Below are positions 1 through 9,512 of a stretch of 64,000 nucleotides of DNA, one piece after another. Both the position numbers and the translations under genes were made by a program. Within the stretch, counting starts at the first letter, position 1. Every line of letters starts with the position of its first letter. The notes beneath the pieces were generated by a model, which did not search any database, was not told the origin of the DNA, and saw only the letters and a list, made by a program, of their open reading frames with translations. The stretch is taken from positions 186,001 through 250,000 of the IMG/VR virus record IMGVR_UViG_3300011113_000805; one strand, written 5' to 3'.

Positions 1-171
1 GAGATATCTCTCAGTCTGAGTGTCTTCCTCCGGAGGCGGCTTGGGAGTGCCTAAACGAACATTTGCAAAGGCGTACTTCCCAAGAGGAGCATTGTGTGGG
101 GCAACCGGGGTATAGGTCTCGTCAGACTCGAGAAGAACTTGGCGAATGAGAGAGCGGAGGAGCTGGGTCAT
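1..171 (-). CDS. Leader-bearing R-S-E ADP-ribosyltransferase family protein, N-terminal part (runs off the window)
   Basis: Manual translation MTQLLRSLIRQVLLESDETYTPVAPHNAPLGKYAFANVRLGTPKPPPEEDT. It shares the leader and the PLGKYAF...PPP.E motif with the ARTs at 41930-47847. ATGA overlap with the upstream stop. Confidence 0.75.
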   Translation of the reverse strand, partial: MTQLLRSLIRQVLLESDETYTPVAPHNAPLGKYAFANVRLGTPKPPPEEDTQTERYL

Positions 172-1190
172 CTTAGTTTATATCTTAGTTTATCCTTGAG
201 ATGTTCCGGAACATCCTCCCAGTATTTGCGATCGAGGCCGTAGATAGCACCGCGCACCTGGAGATCTATTGGAAGGGAGGTGATACCTGTGCTGTGAAGG
301 ACGAGATCGCCACCCACATGGAGGCCTGTCGGGAGGGAGGTGATAGGGGTGTTGTAGAGGTTGAGATGGCCACCCACGTGGAGGCCTGTCGGGAGGGAGG
401 TGATACCTGTGTTACTGAGGTAGGTATCGCCCTTCATGATCCTCTGATCTTCCGGGAGTTGCTCGAGATGTTTCAGTGCTTTCAAGACTGCCCGTATAGG
501 ATCCCACTTCCCAGCTTCGAAGTCACCCATTGCCGAGCGACGAAGAGCCGACTGCTTCACGGGTCGACCCTCTCTGGCGCTGATATCGGGACGATCGAGA
601 GGCGCAAGAAGAGCTGCCCTGTCAACGGGTGTCCAGGATTTAGAACCAACCTGCTTCCACGCCATTGGAACCGCGGTCGTTGGGTCGTAAACGACGGCGA
701 CCCTACCATCATTCCTGCCTGTGAAGACGATACCCTTTACTTCGTGCTGGAGAGACTCATAGACGTTGTGGGCCGAGCTTGAAGTAAATTTGTTGTCCTT
801 CGGTGGTTTAACCTCCTCCAGCACCTTGATGACTGTCTCACTGTAGCCGACTTCCTGGGCTTGCCCAGCAGGTGTGAGCGGGCGCTTATAGACCTTTAGG
901 GCGATCTCAGGATCAAAGATGATGTACCCGTAGAGGTTCACTTTGAGCTTGATGACGTGGTCACCGTAGTAACCTCTTTCAGTCTTCGTATCTTTAAGGT
1001 CATAGACAGTGTAGAGACCCTTCCCGTACATTGCACCGGCACCGGTACCTGGTGTGAACTTGTCCTGCAGCAGAGCGTCGATGAGAGCCTGTGGGTCAGC
1101 TCCTGTCCCATGATAGACGACGGTCTGGGCGCCATAAACTTCTTCCAGGAGGAGGGTTTCACGAATGAAAGAGCGAAGGAGATATGACAT
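168..1190 (-). CDS. PARP/diphtheria-toxin-like ADP-ribosyltransferase with C-terminal LRR-like repeats, leader-bearing
   Basis: YHGT...GAMYGKGLYT motif, three 20-aa repeats (L.L..T.ITSLP.GLHVGG), leader MSYLLRSFIRETLLLEE. Confidence 0.65.
   Translation of the reverse strand: MSYLLRSFIRETLLLEEVYGAQTVVYHGTGADPQALIDALLQDKFTPGTGAGAMYGKGLYTVYDLKDTKTERGYYGDHVIKLKVNLYGYIIFDPEIALKVYKRPLTPAGQAQEVGYSETVIKVLEEVKPPKDNKFTSSSAHNVYESLQHEVKGIVFTGRNDGRVAVVYDPTTAVPMAWKQVGSKSWTPVDRAALLAPLDRPDISAREGRPVKQSALRRSAMGDFEAGKWDPIRAVLKALKHLEQLPEDQRIMKGDTYLSNTGITSLPTGLHVGGHLNLYNTPITSLPTGLHVGGDLVLHSTGITSLPIDLQVRGAIYGLDRKYWEDVPEHLKDKLRYKLR
250..430. repeat. 60-bp tandem repeats encoding LRR-like units
   Basis: gccacccac(a/g)tggaggcctgtcgggagggaggtgata recurs with a 60-bp period. 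Confidence 0.8.
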
Positions 1191-1199
1191 AAAGGCTAT

Positions 1200-3062
1200 T
1201 TATTCATCATTTGAAGAAAGATTAGCCACTCCTAGAATTTTTGCCTTACGAGGTGCCGGATCTGCCGCAAACCAAGTTTCGAGTGTTGAGCGCAATTCTT
1301 CACCACCTGAGAGCGCAAACATTCTAGGATTTCGAATGATTTCGTTGTAGTCACTATCTTCAAGTGCAGCCAGTCCCTTTTTGTACCCAATGTCCCACTT
1401 TTTGACGTCCTTAGTCTTTTGAGACCAGGCCTCAAAATCCTCGTTTGTATAGAAAGCAATTCTTTCACTGCCTTTCTGTACAACAACAAGAGGTGTCATG
1501 ACTCGACAAATGCGACCTTGTGTAAAGAGCTCAGGCCAATACTTGCCAAAGAAGTTTATCAAAAGACCAGCAATGGAATCACCATCAGGATCGGCATCGG
1601 AGTAGATAAGGACCTTGCCATAGCGGAGTTCCTTAGGTTCCTCACCCATTTTCAGGCCAATTGCAGTGAGGAGATCTTTCACTTCTTGATTTTGAATAAC
1701 ACGTGTATTTGCAAGCTCCATTACATTGATAAACTTGCCTCGAAGTGGAAATGCTCCTTGTGTATTGGAATCACGAAATTTTCTAAATGCTGAGGAAGCT
1801 GAGTCTCCCTCGAAGAGACTAAGGGTGCAGTTCTCTCGATCCTTTCCCTTAGCATCGATGAGTTTCAGAACTTTTCCTTTGCCTACCTGCTTGTTGAGCT
1901 CACGAAGCTGCTTCCTTTCATCAGCAAGGGCTTTCTGTTGTGCCCAGTCCAAAATTCGCTGAACGACTTCGGATGCGAGAATGGCCTTAAGAGTCTTTTC
2001 AGAGATCTCAAACTTCGAGCCGAATTCCTTCGAGTCGGTGATGAGTTTCTCTTTCGTCTGCGATGAGAACGCGGGATTGACGATGTCAGCCTGGACCATC
2101 ACGAAGAAGTGATTCCGCAGCTCGGAGGGTCGGAGATCGATCTTGTGTTTCTTGCGAATCTTCTCGCGAATCCACTCGACGACCTGACTCGAGACGTAGT
2201 CGACGTGGGTGCCGCCATCGCGAGTCTCGACAGAGTTCACGAAGGAGACCTGGGAGAAGGACCCTTCCGAGGGAGCGATGGCGACTTTCCAGCGATCGAC
2301 TTCCTCGTAGATGGCGCCCTCGGAGTAGAGGACGCAGTACTCCTTGAAAGAGGAGAACTTGTGAGTGACGCCGTTGAAAGTGACAGTCAGGCGCGGATTA
2401 CAGGCCGCGAGGTCAACGCAGCGCTTCCGCATAACCTCGACAGTGTCGGCGTCGATAGTCGACATTCCGAATCGCTCGAGATCGGGCTCGAAGAGGATCT
2501 CGGTGAAACCCTCCTTGCATTTGACGATCTTCGCCTCGGTGCGCTCGCGCATATTGTTGTTGAAAGTCTGCTGAAACGCGTTCTTCCTGTCAGCGGTCCT
2601 GATGCGAAACCGCTTCGAGAAAATGTTCGTGAGGGTCGACCCCACGCCGTTCGTCCCGGCGACGAGTCGCTCCTCGTCATCGTTGAAATTCGATCCCGCC
2701 TTCAGAGAAGAGAAGATCATTTCCGGGATCCACTCGTCGTACTCTGCGTGTCGAACGACAGGGATGCCGCCGTTGTCCCACACGGTCACAGTCCCGGCGT
2801 CGGGTTCCACGGTGACGCGAATTTCGTTGAGTTTCGGGTTGCGGCGGTGTTCGTCGACGCTGTTGCTGACGATCTCATCGAAAATCTTCAGGAACGCGGG
2901 GTTCACGACCACCCGTCTCTTCTCGAGGCGACCAGTATCGGCAAGAAGATAAATTTCGTCCTCTCGAATCTTAGTAGAACCAACCCACATACCCGGTCGC
3001 GACAAAACATGGTCAATATCAGATAATTTCCGATATTTTTGCTCAATGTTAGTCGATTTCAT
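1200..3062 (-). CDS. DNA topoisomerase IIA large subunit (GyrB-like ATPase + TOPRIM; T4 gp39+60-like)
   Basis: HVLSRPGMW, EIVSNSVDE, DNGGIP, GTNGVG, EGDSA, PLRGK, DADPDG and YKKGL motifs. Confidence 0.95.
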   Translation of the reverse strand: MKSTNIEQKYRKLSDIDHVLSRPGMWVGSTKIREDEIYLLADTGRLEKRRVVVNPAFLKIFDEIVSNSVDEHRRNPKLNEIRVTVEPDAGTVTVWDNGGIPVVRHAEYDEWIPEMIFSSLKAGSNFNDDEERLVAGTNGVGSTLTNIFSKRFRIRTADRKNAFQQTFNNNMRERTEAKIVKCKEGFTEILFEPDLERFGMSTIDADTVEVMRKRCVDLAACNPRLTVTFNGVTHKFSSFKEYCVLYSEGAIYEEVDRWKVAIAPSEGSFSQVSFVNSVETRDGGTHVDYVSSQVVEWIREKIRKKHKIDLRPSELRNHFFVMVQADIVNPAFSSQTKEKLITDSKEFGSKFEISEKTLKAILASEVVQRILDWAQQKALADERKQLRELNKQVGKGKVLKLIDAKGKDRENCTLSLFEGDSASSAFRKFRDSNTQGAFPLRGKFINVMELANTRVIQNQEVKDLLTAIGLKMGEEPKELRYGKVLIYSDADPDGDSIAGLLINFFGKYWPELFTQGRICRVMTPLVVVQKGSERIAFYTNEDFEAWSQKTKDVKKWDIGYKKGLAALEDSDYNEIIRNPRMFALSGGEELRSTLETWFAADPAPRKAKILGVANLSSNDE

Positions 3063-3080
3063 AGTGCTTCCTCCACCAGG

Positions 3081-3111
3081 AATATAATTAGATCATAGGA
3101 GAATGAACAGG
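3081..3111 (-). promoter_or_regulatory. Class B promoter for the topoisomerase gene
   Basis: Minus strand CCTGTTCA-N17-TATATT. The same motif occurs at about 6871, 8996, 17891, 27659, 29074, 30530, 35528 and 54832. Confidence 0.6.
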
Positions 3112-4115
3112 TGGAATTACAGCTATTCAAAAATATTTTGCTTGAAAAGCTTCAAATTTCAAGAAAAGAGCTCGCAATATTTCGCCGTTCGAAATGGGTG
3201 GTTCAAGAACTCGAATCACACACTTCATTTCTTCCAAAGAAAACAAGCGCGGGCATTAGATCCTGGCACATCATCCATGACGTCAAGGAGCAACCTCTTT
3301 GCAGCTATTGCAAAGAGAAAGTTCCGAAATTCAACGCCAACAAATGGGGATATCTTGATTTTTGCAGCGTAAAATGCGGCAGAAATTCTCCGCTGACTCA
3401 AGAAAAACTTGAGATGACTTATCGAAGTCTATATGGAGAGGGTGTCATCAATCCATATCAAGCAGCTATCGTTAAAGAGAAGATTCGTCAAACTTGCGAA
3501 TCTCGATATGGAGTTGATTGTGTGTTCAAAGACACGCAAAAAATGAAATTAGCGATACTCAGAAAGTATGGCGTAGACAAATTCACAAAGACGCCAATGT
3601 TTATCGAAAAAGTCAGAAAAACTTCTTTAGAGCGAACTGGTTTCTTGCACCCTTCTCAATCACCAGCAATCCAAAAAAAGATGAGAGAAACGTGGATGAG
3701 AAATTTTGGAGTTGATCATCCGATGAGAGATCCCACAACTCTGCAGAAAGTTCTGGAGAAAGTCCACTCTTTTAGAGAAGTGGAACTTCCATCTGGAAGA
3801 AAAACCAAACTTCAGGGCTATGAACCTGAAGTTCTACTTCAATTGCTGAATGAATATCCGGAAAACGACATCCTGTTCGGGAAGTCGGAAATTGCGAAAA
3901 GACTCGGAAAAATCACATATGTCGACTTTCAAGGAAAAGAAAGGACGTACTTTCCTGATTTTTACATCATATCAGAGAACAAGGTAATCGAAGTAAAGTC
4001 ATCGTGGACATATGACAAATGCGGAAAAGTTCCTGTCGATAGAAACATCAATCACTTGAAAAGAGATGCCTGTCTTTCTCTCGGTCTTAATTTTGAGTTT
4101 AGAATTCCAAGATAG
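3111..4115 (+). CDS. Free-standing homing-endonuclease-like protein (Zn finger, YGV repeats, PD-(D/E)XK domain)
   Basis: CSYC...FCSVKC, repeated YG/FGVD units, C-terminal YFPDFYI...IEVKS. Opposite strand to its neighbours. Confidence 0.75.
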   Translation: MELQLFKNILLEKLQISRKELAIFRRSKWVVQELESHTSFLPKKTSAGIRSWHIIHDVKEQPLCSYCKEKVPKFNANKWGYLDFCSVKCGRNSPLTQEKLEMTYRSLYGEGVINPYQAAIVKEKIRQTCESRYGVDCVFKDTQKMKLAILRKYGVDKFTKTPMFIEKVRKTSLERTGFLHPSQSPAIQKKMRETWMRNFGVDHPMRDPTTLQKVLEKVHSFREVELPSGRKTKLQGYEPEVLLQLLNEYPENDILFGKSEIAKRLGKITYVDFQGKERTYFPDFYIISENKVIEVKSSWTYDKCGKVPVDRNINHLKRDACLSLGLNFEFRIPR

Positions 4116-4277
4116 CGAGAGCTTTCACTCGCGATCTCCCGCAAGGACAATCTCGTCGAGGATGATCCGCGTCTCCACTGACCCCCGGCGGTCCTATTGA
4201 CAGTGTAGACAATAGTGACAAGATCCCCAGGACTGAAAGACTCCTCAGTGTTCGTCATCGCGATCCCCTCTTGGGAC

Positions 4278-4589
4278 TCAGGATAGAGCCATTGCGATCG
4301 CGGTGGCAAAAGTCAGTGAGACACCTCGCCAAATCGAAGTCTCAAAATTCCTTTCAATGTAAGGATCTGGGGGTTTTGCTAGGCTGGCTAAACCTTGTGC
4401 AATCATAACACTGGCAATAATTGCATTACCAACTAAAAAAGGTAACCAAGCACCGGCATGAAGAAGACATCCACCAATGATGCATTGCAGGATTGCATAA
4501 CCTGCAGATTCATACAGGATGCCTTGACGACGAATAACACTCTCAGCAAACCAGACGGTGTGCAAGGTAATCCAAAAACCGATAGCCAA
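4278..4589 (-). CDS. Hypothetical membrane protein
   Basis: Several hydrophobic segments and an upstream RBS. Confidence 0.6.
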   Translation of the reverse strand: MAIGFWITLHTVWFAESVIRRQGILYESAGYAILQCIIGGCLLHAGAWLPFLVGNAIIASVMIAQGLASLAKPPDPYIERNFETSIWRGVSLTFATAIAMALS

Positions 4590-4660
4590 AGTAACCTCCG
4601 GGCTATATTATAACCACTGAGTGCAAAATGACACACAATATTCGTTATTGTGCAAAAATT

Positions 4661-4900
4661 CTATATGGCTTCAATTTCGTGACCTTCAACCCATCGAGCA
4701 ATATGAAAACCATTGGTCTCAAGATTTGGATTTGCTGTGTCGCCATCGTCGACCAACGCCTCAGTCACGTGCTTAATCTTGCCATATGCTCCTACAGCAA
4801 CTTGCCTTATCTTTCTAACAGTGACAATGATGCCCGGGTCGATAAGTTTTACCTTCTCGCCGACATTGAATGGAATCCTGTACGTATCAAAATTATTCAC
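4661..4900 (-). CDS. Small SH3/KOW-like protein
   Basis: FNVGEKV start, ends W...EIEAI. Confidence 0.55.
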   Translation of the reverse strand: MNNFDTYRIPFNVGEKVKLIDPGIIVTVRKIRQVAVGAYGKIKHVTEALVDDGDTANPNLETNGFHIARWVEGHEIEAI

Positions 4901-4909
4901 AGTTTTCTC

Positions 4910-5308
4910 CTAACTAAAATTACCGGTAATAAGATCCCACGTGCCACTTCCATGGCCAATGCAATGACGGCCATCAATGGTATGATACTTAAGCTCACGC
5001 TGAGGTGAAGATTGCCTGTATGCCACCAGCTGAATAAGCTCTACATAGTTGATGATATCAAGGTATTCATTCATAATGATCCATTCCGGATCAATGGCCA
5101 TGGCCATCCAGTCCATAAAATCATGAATGCCATGTTCAGGCATAACATGAAGAGAGAACCGCCATCCTCCGGAGCTCTTACCAATGTGAAGGACACCGGT
5201 GCCATGCACACGTGACATGGCTGTCCAATGGTCATAAGGCAGTGAATCACTTTTGGCAAGAATATTAGAAACCATCTCTTGCTTCACAAGATACCAATTC
5301 GTGCCCAT
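4910..5308 (-). CDS. Conserved hypothetical phage protein
   Basis: MGTNWY...HIGKSSGGW.F...WD...GNFS pattern. Confidence 0.7.
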   Translation of the reverse strand: MGTNWYLVKQEMVSNILAKSDSLPYDHWTAMSRVHGTGVLHIGKSSGGWRFSLHVMPEHGIHDFMDWMAMAIDPEWIIMNEYLDIINYVELIQLVAYRQSSPQRELKYHTIDGRHCIGHGSGTWDLITGNFS

Positions 5309-5687
5309 CTTTTAGATCCTCTAGAGGTGAACCCACCGTTAGAAGGTTAAGATAGTTCTTAAGAACTAAGTTTGACTCATCTGACTCAATGCAATGAATA
5401 GAATCATTGCTATTCCAATGTAATCTGCCCTTAGAACGTTTTCCACGTTTAAGAGCAATTTCTGCCTTAAACGCGGAAGACCTTGACTCGTAAGGTCCGT
5501 AAACTTTTCCAAGTAACCAAGGACCTTTTCCACGTGTGCTCTTAGCACCACCACGAATCTCACCATTGTGCTGCTTAACTCTACGAAGTGGATCAGTTGT
5601 AGATCCTACATAGGTGAGATTTCTTGTGCTGGAAACAATAACATAAACCCACCATTTGCATGCAACATTACACAAGTTCGAAAACAT
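5265..5687 (-). CDS. GIY-YIG nuclease (SLX1-like)
   Basis: WVYVI...TYVGST.D..RR.KQHNG...GGAK.T, A.K.E. Confidence 0.85.
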   Translation of the reverse strand: MFSNLCNVACKWWVYVIVSSTRNLTYVGSTTDPLRRVKQHNGEIRGGAKSTRGKGPWLLGKVYGPYESRSSAFKAEIALKRGKRSKGRLHWNSNDSIHCIESDESNLVLKNYLNLLTVGSPLEDLKDGHELVSCEARDGF

Positions 5688-6357
5688 TTCCGTTGCTTGT
5701 GATATTGCTCATTATGCCATCATCACAGCATGCACCATTGCTAAAATGGGTTCGAATTCCTGAAATGGTACGAATTCCTGCATTCCTGATGTCAGAAGAA
5801 CCATGCACATGACCAAAAAGATGCCACTGAGGTTTGATTTTCATGATACGCTTTTGAAGCGCTCGGCATCCTACCACTTCAATATTGCCATTCCTGGCAT
5901 AGGTTGAATCAAGAACACCAAATGGAGGCCCATGAGTTACGAGCATGTCGATATCCTCAGGAATATTCTCCCACTTTCGATTGATAGTTTCACGCTGAGT
6001 CATCCAAGCCCAGTCACCATATCGAGGTGTCCATGGAGAACCCCAAATGGTCTTCTGTTCGATTGTGATGAGACTGTCAATGAGAAGGGTGATTCCCATC
6101 GCAGTAACATCAGCCTTTCGAATAAGCCCTCTTTCAAGAGATGTATCATGATTACCAGGCACAAAAATCTTGTGCTTCATAGGTAAGGCTGAGAACCATT
6201 CAAGGAAACGATAAAGCTCTTTCTCATTGAGAATTGGATTGTGTGAGTTCGAGGCATCACCGCTATGAATGACAACATTAACATCATTTGGCACGATCAA
6301 TTGTTCGTGTAATCCATGTGTATCCGAAATGTGCCAAATTTTCATTGGAAACCTCAC
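5668..6357 (-). CDS. Calcineurin-like metallophosphoesterase
   Basis: SDTH, HSGD, GNHD, THGPP and GHVH motifs. Confidence 0.92.
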   Translation of the reverse strand: MRFPMKIWHISDTHGLHEQLIVPNDVNVVIHSGDASNSHNPILNEKELYRFLEWFSALPMKHKIFVPGNHDTSLERGLIRKADVTAMGITLLIDSLITIEQKTIWGSPWTPRYGDWAWMTQRETINRKWENIPEDIDMLVTHGPPFGVLDSTYARNGNIEVVGCRALQKRIMKIKPQWHLFGHVHGSSDIRNAGIRTISGIRTHFSNGACCDDGIMSNITSNGNVFELV

Positions 6358-6608
6358 CCAGCTGATTTGCGTTCCCGAAAGAGAGCTCTAAATTTTGTTT
6401 TCACAGGCCTATCAAAGGGCCAAAAATTTGCCTTGTAGATTTCCTCTACGGCTTCCATGAAATTGGCTTCATGGTAGTAAGTTGTCTCAAGGATCCGCTG
6501 CCCCTCCAGGGGCAACTTATCATTTCGAAAGTCCCAGACGGCACATGCAAACATTGACTTGACTGATTCCGGAATATTGAGTCCTGGCCTCTCCCAGCTA
6601 AATGGCAT
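6354..6608 (-). CDS. Hypothetical protein
   Basis: ORF with RBS inside an operon. Confidence 0.55.
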   Translation of the reverse strand: MPFSWERPGLNIPESVKSMFACAVWDFRNDKLPLEGQRILETTYYHEANFMEAVEEIYKANFWPFDRPVKTKFRALFRERKSAG

Positions 6609-6617
6609 TCTTTCTCC

Positions 6618-6851
6618 TTAGTGAAAATCATTCTTTGCCATCATGCCGATGGCATGCCACCCTTCGTGAATAGAAACACTCAGATCGAGAGGAGGAACAC
6701 CTTCACCCAGCTGAGAATAGTGGAATTCACTATTGACCATCTCATCGATGAGATTATTTACGACAAGGTCACCGGCAATACCGGTCGCCGAAGAAAGGGC
6801 CTTAAGGAAAGCGGTTTCGAGAGGAGTGCGCTGACTTTCGGTAACCATCAT
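6618..6851 (-). CDS. Hypothetical protein
   Basis: GGAGG RBS, directly downstream of a class B promoter. Confidence 0.55.
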   Translation of the reverse strand: MMVTESQRTPLETAFLKALSSATGIAGDLVVNNLIDEMVNSEFHYSQLGEGVPPLDLSVSIHEGWHAIGMMAKNDFH

Positions 6852-6924
6852 ACCTCCATTTGGCATGGATAATATAATCACTTTTTAAGCAGCTGGACAG
6901 GCAAAGAGAGAATAATTTTGCAAA

Positions 6925-7167
6925 TTATTCTTCAGGAATCTCATATGAGATTGCAACATTTGGAATATCCATCAGCTCGCCTTCAAAAAGCACTGTGCTA
7001 TAACCAGGTGTATTGGATTTTTTAATCCAAAGCAGGAAAGTGTTTCCTGGAACCCACTTTCTATCCCTATACATCTCTCCTGGCGGGGAATAACCAGATG
7101 TTCCATGACATGTTACTCTTACGAGATGGCAAGTCATGGAACATTCACTGTGACAAAAGTCGAGCAA
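6925..7167 (-). CDS. Small SH3-like hypothetical protein
   Basis: Beta-rich, ends VLFEGELMDIP; start uncertain. Confidence 0.45.
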   Translation of the reverse strand: MLDFCHSECSMTCHLVRVTCHGTSGYSPPGEMYRDRKWVPGNTFLLWIKKSNTPGYSTVLFEGELMDIPNVAISYEIPEE

Positions 7168-7292
7168 TTCGAATCATGATATTACGAATCTCGGACTTAA
7201 GTTTTGCAATCTCAGGATCAACAGTTGATGATCTTCGAATGTCATCACTGGCAGATTTTATGCTACGCAGTGCTCGAGTTAGCCAGATTTTC

Positions 7293-7649
7293 TCATTCTC
7301 TTCCACGAATCTCCTCCTCGGCTTTAATCTTTCTTGTAGCTCTCAGCAATCCTATAGGATCTTCGGTGTCTGGTAAAAATTCCTCACCTGGATCTTCGTA
7401 AGGATTTCGAAAGTAAGTAGAGCGGAGTGAGTATGATGCCTCTGTTAACTCGCGAATTATCTCACGAACTGTGAGTCTTATGATCGACTCCTTAGGACCT
7501 TCGATGGCGGCAATCTGGCCTTGCGCCTTCTTCCTCGATGTATGACAATTCGAATGTCTTTTTCCCTTCTTGTCCGTGTAAGAGAGAACGTAGTTGCCAC
7601 TGTCACCATCTGACTGCTTGCACTTTTGTTTTTTGATCTTGTAGGGCAT
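7293..7649 (-). CDS. Hypothetical protein with an internal copy of the leader motif
   Basis: Basic N-terminus followed by ESIIRLTVREIIRELTEA; CATACTTA box 5 nt before the ATG. Confidence 0.65.
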   Translation of the reverse strand: MPYKIKKQKCKQSDGDSGNYVLSYTDKKGKRHSNCHTSRKKAQGQIAAIEGPKESIIRLTVREIIRELTEASYSLRSTYFRNPYEDPGEEFLPDTEDPIGLLRATRKIKAEEEIRGRE

Positions 7650-7746
7650 GAATTTAAGTATGCCTTACGTGGAAGCTTATTGGTGACTCTTATAGACAAG
7701 GAATAGGAAGAAAAGAAGTCAAAACATCGCAGGAATAATTATGCAT

Positions 7747-8103
7747 TTACATCCGCCCCTTGTGATTAGGATTTCCACCCCATTCGCCAACTTTCTGAGC
7801 ACCATAAGTGTCCATAGAGATTGTGGTGGTATTACCAATTTGGCATGACTTGCCTTTATTATGTCCTGTGCTGTGTCGCCAAGCTTGCATGTATGCATCT
7901 GCTCGCTGTCGATCAGGAAATCGAAGGACTGTGACACCAGCCATCTTGCCTTCACCGGCAGTGACGCCAATGAGGACAGGAGCATGCTCAGTACCAAGTT
8001 CCTCTACGCAATCAGGGCACTCGTTAATGCGTCCTCCTACACGCCGCTTATGCGCAGAATCAAGAGAAAACTCAGAGCCGCAGTGCTTACATTCACGAAG
8101 CAT
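7747..8103 (-). CDS. Zinc-ribbon hypothetical protein
   Basis: CKHC...CPDC. Confidence 0.7.
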   Translation of the reverse strand: MLRECKHCGSEFSLDSAHKRRVGGRINECPDCVEELGTEHAPVLIGVTAGEGKMAGVTVLRFPDRQRADAYMQAWRHSTGHNKGKSCQIGNTTTISMDTYGAQKVGEWGGNPNHKGRM

Positions 8104-8106
8104 AAA

Positions 8107-8319
8107 TCACTCATCCCAGTCATAGAGTTCATCGTCAATTTCATTGCGACAGATGAGACGATTCGCCTCTTTTACTCTGTCCAATTGGACACTTCGAATT
8201 CCGCGCCAATCAGAAAGTGACCCACCGGTGGCAAAGTGAAGTTTACGATCATAGCCGCGTTGACGCTTGCTATGCTCAATTAGATCGGTAGCATGATTAT
8301 TTTGATATCGTTTTGACAT
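8107..8319 (-). CDS. Hypothetical protein
   Basis: Tightly packed operon ORF. Confidence 0.55.
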   Translation of the reverse strand: MSKRYQNNHATDLIEHSKRQRGYDRKLHFATGGSLSDWRGIRSVQLDRVKEANRLICRNEIDDELYDWDE

Positions 8320-8322
8320 GTC

Positions 8323-8553
8323 TCACACCGGAAGTTCGAAGAAATCTTCATACCCGCCGGCAAGAAGACCCTGCTCGACCATTTCGGCAAGAAATTCCTG
8401 AGTTAGCGTATATGAGTTAGGACCACCAAAGAACGTGGGGAAAATCTCTGCTAGGCGGGACTCTGCATCTTCAACAGTGAATTCACCACCAAGCTCCTCG
8501 GCCATAAGGAGAATTTCATCTTGCATCTGGACATGAATATCAGACATTGACAT
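8323..8553 (-). CDS. Hypothetical acidic protein
   Basis: RBS, tightly packed. Confidence 0.55.
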   Translation of the reverse strand: MSMSDIHVQMQDEILLMAEELGGEFTVEDAESRLAEIFPTFFGGPNSYTLTQEFLAEMVEQGLLAGGYEDFFELPV

Positions 8554-8554
8554 G

Positions 8555-8755
8555 TTACACCTCTTTTTCAGTAGGAACTAGAATATCGACGTCGACCTGC
8601 AATCGACCTTCCTTAAATAGGACTGTCGCCTCTGTCCAATGATCCCTAAAGTCCTCGAAGGCGTCGATGAGGCCTACTACCTTTCCAAGGGATCCACTAA
8701 GTGGATGACCTGGTAATGAAATGGTGACAGTATCACCAATAGAGATTGCCATCAA
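8555..8755 (-). CDS. Small SH3/KOW-like protein
   Basis: ISIGDTV...G..G.VV. Confidence 0.55.
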   Translation of the reverse strand: MMAISIGDTVTISLPGHPLSGSLGKVVGLIDAFEDFRDHWTEATVLFKEGRLQVDVDILVPTEKEV

Positions 8756-8979
8756 TTGCTCCGAAGATCAAGGCTTAACCAAGTGTCAATCACATTTTCT
8801 GAGGCTCGACCATTGATAGCGGCCTGGGCGATAGGAATGTGTTTACAGTTTCGACCAAAAGATCGAAATCCATCACACTCGCACTCCCACTCTCGCCGTT
8901 GACCACGCCAGTAGCCTACATGATAAACACCGGTGCTACCACGAACAATAACAAGTGCAGTAGGCTCAGATGGAAACAT
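8752..8979 (-). CDS. SWIM zinc-finger protein
   Basis: CECDGF....NCKH. Confidence 0.75.
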   Translation of the reverse strand: MFPSEPTALVIVRGSTGVYHVGYWRGQRREWECECDGFRSFGRNCKHIPIAQAAINGRASENVIDTWLSLDLRSN

Positions 8980-9051
8980 CGTATTCTCCTAATAGGAATA
9001 TAATCCCTTCATAGGAATTTGAACAGGTCTATGATTAACAAAATTGCAAAA

Positions 9052-9375
9052 TTATACTAGTGGCAGCAGATCACCATCTTTAATTTCTGCTGTTAGCAAC
9101 ATTCCGTCAATCAAAAGAACGACATAAATCGATTTTCCTGGACGGTACCATCCTGTTGTAGCAGAAACTTTAGGTCTATCAAAGATGTCAAACTGATTCG
9201 AATTAGTATCTATCAGTAGCACAGGATAACCAATTGGCCATTGACTGCTGCTATCCGTGGTGACCATAGGGCGATTTAGTGTCACCAATTTTCCTACTAA
9301 TCGCTTAGTCAGGTGGTCATTATCGCCAAATAGTCTTTCCAAGCAGCTTTTTAGTAGCCCTATTAGTCTTCCCAT
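9052..9375 (-). CDS. SH3-like hypothetical protein
   Basis: G.LV...LLID...LLIDG pattern shared with the 18.5-20.3 kb family. Confidence 0.5.
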   Translation of the reverse strand: MGRLIGLLKSCLERLFGDNDHLTKRLVGKLVTLNRPMVTTDSSSQWPIGYPVLLIDTNSNQFDIFDRPKVSATTGWYRPGKSIYVVLLIDGMLLTAEIKDGDLLPLV

Positions 9376-9512
9376 TCGGAATGCTCATGCTGAGTGACAG
9401 GCGGCCACAGCACAATTCGATCTCCTTCCTGACGTGCAAGTGGCTCATAAAGCCAAGCCTGTTCTGCAACCGCAATAAGAATTTCAGGATCTAGGTGAGA
9501 CATTTTTACCTC

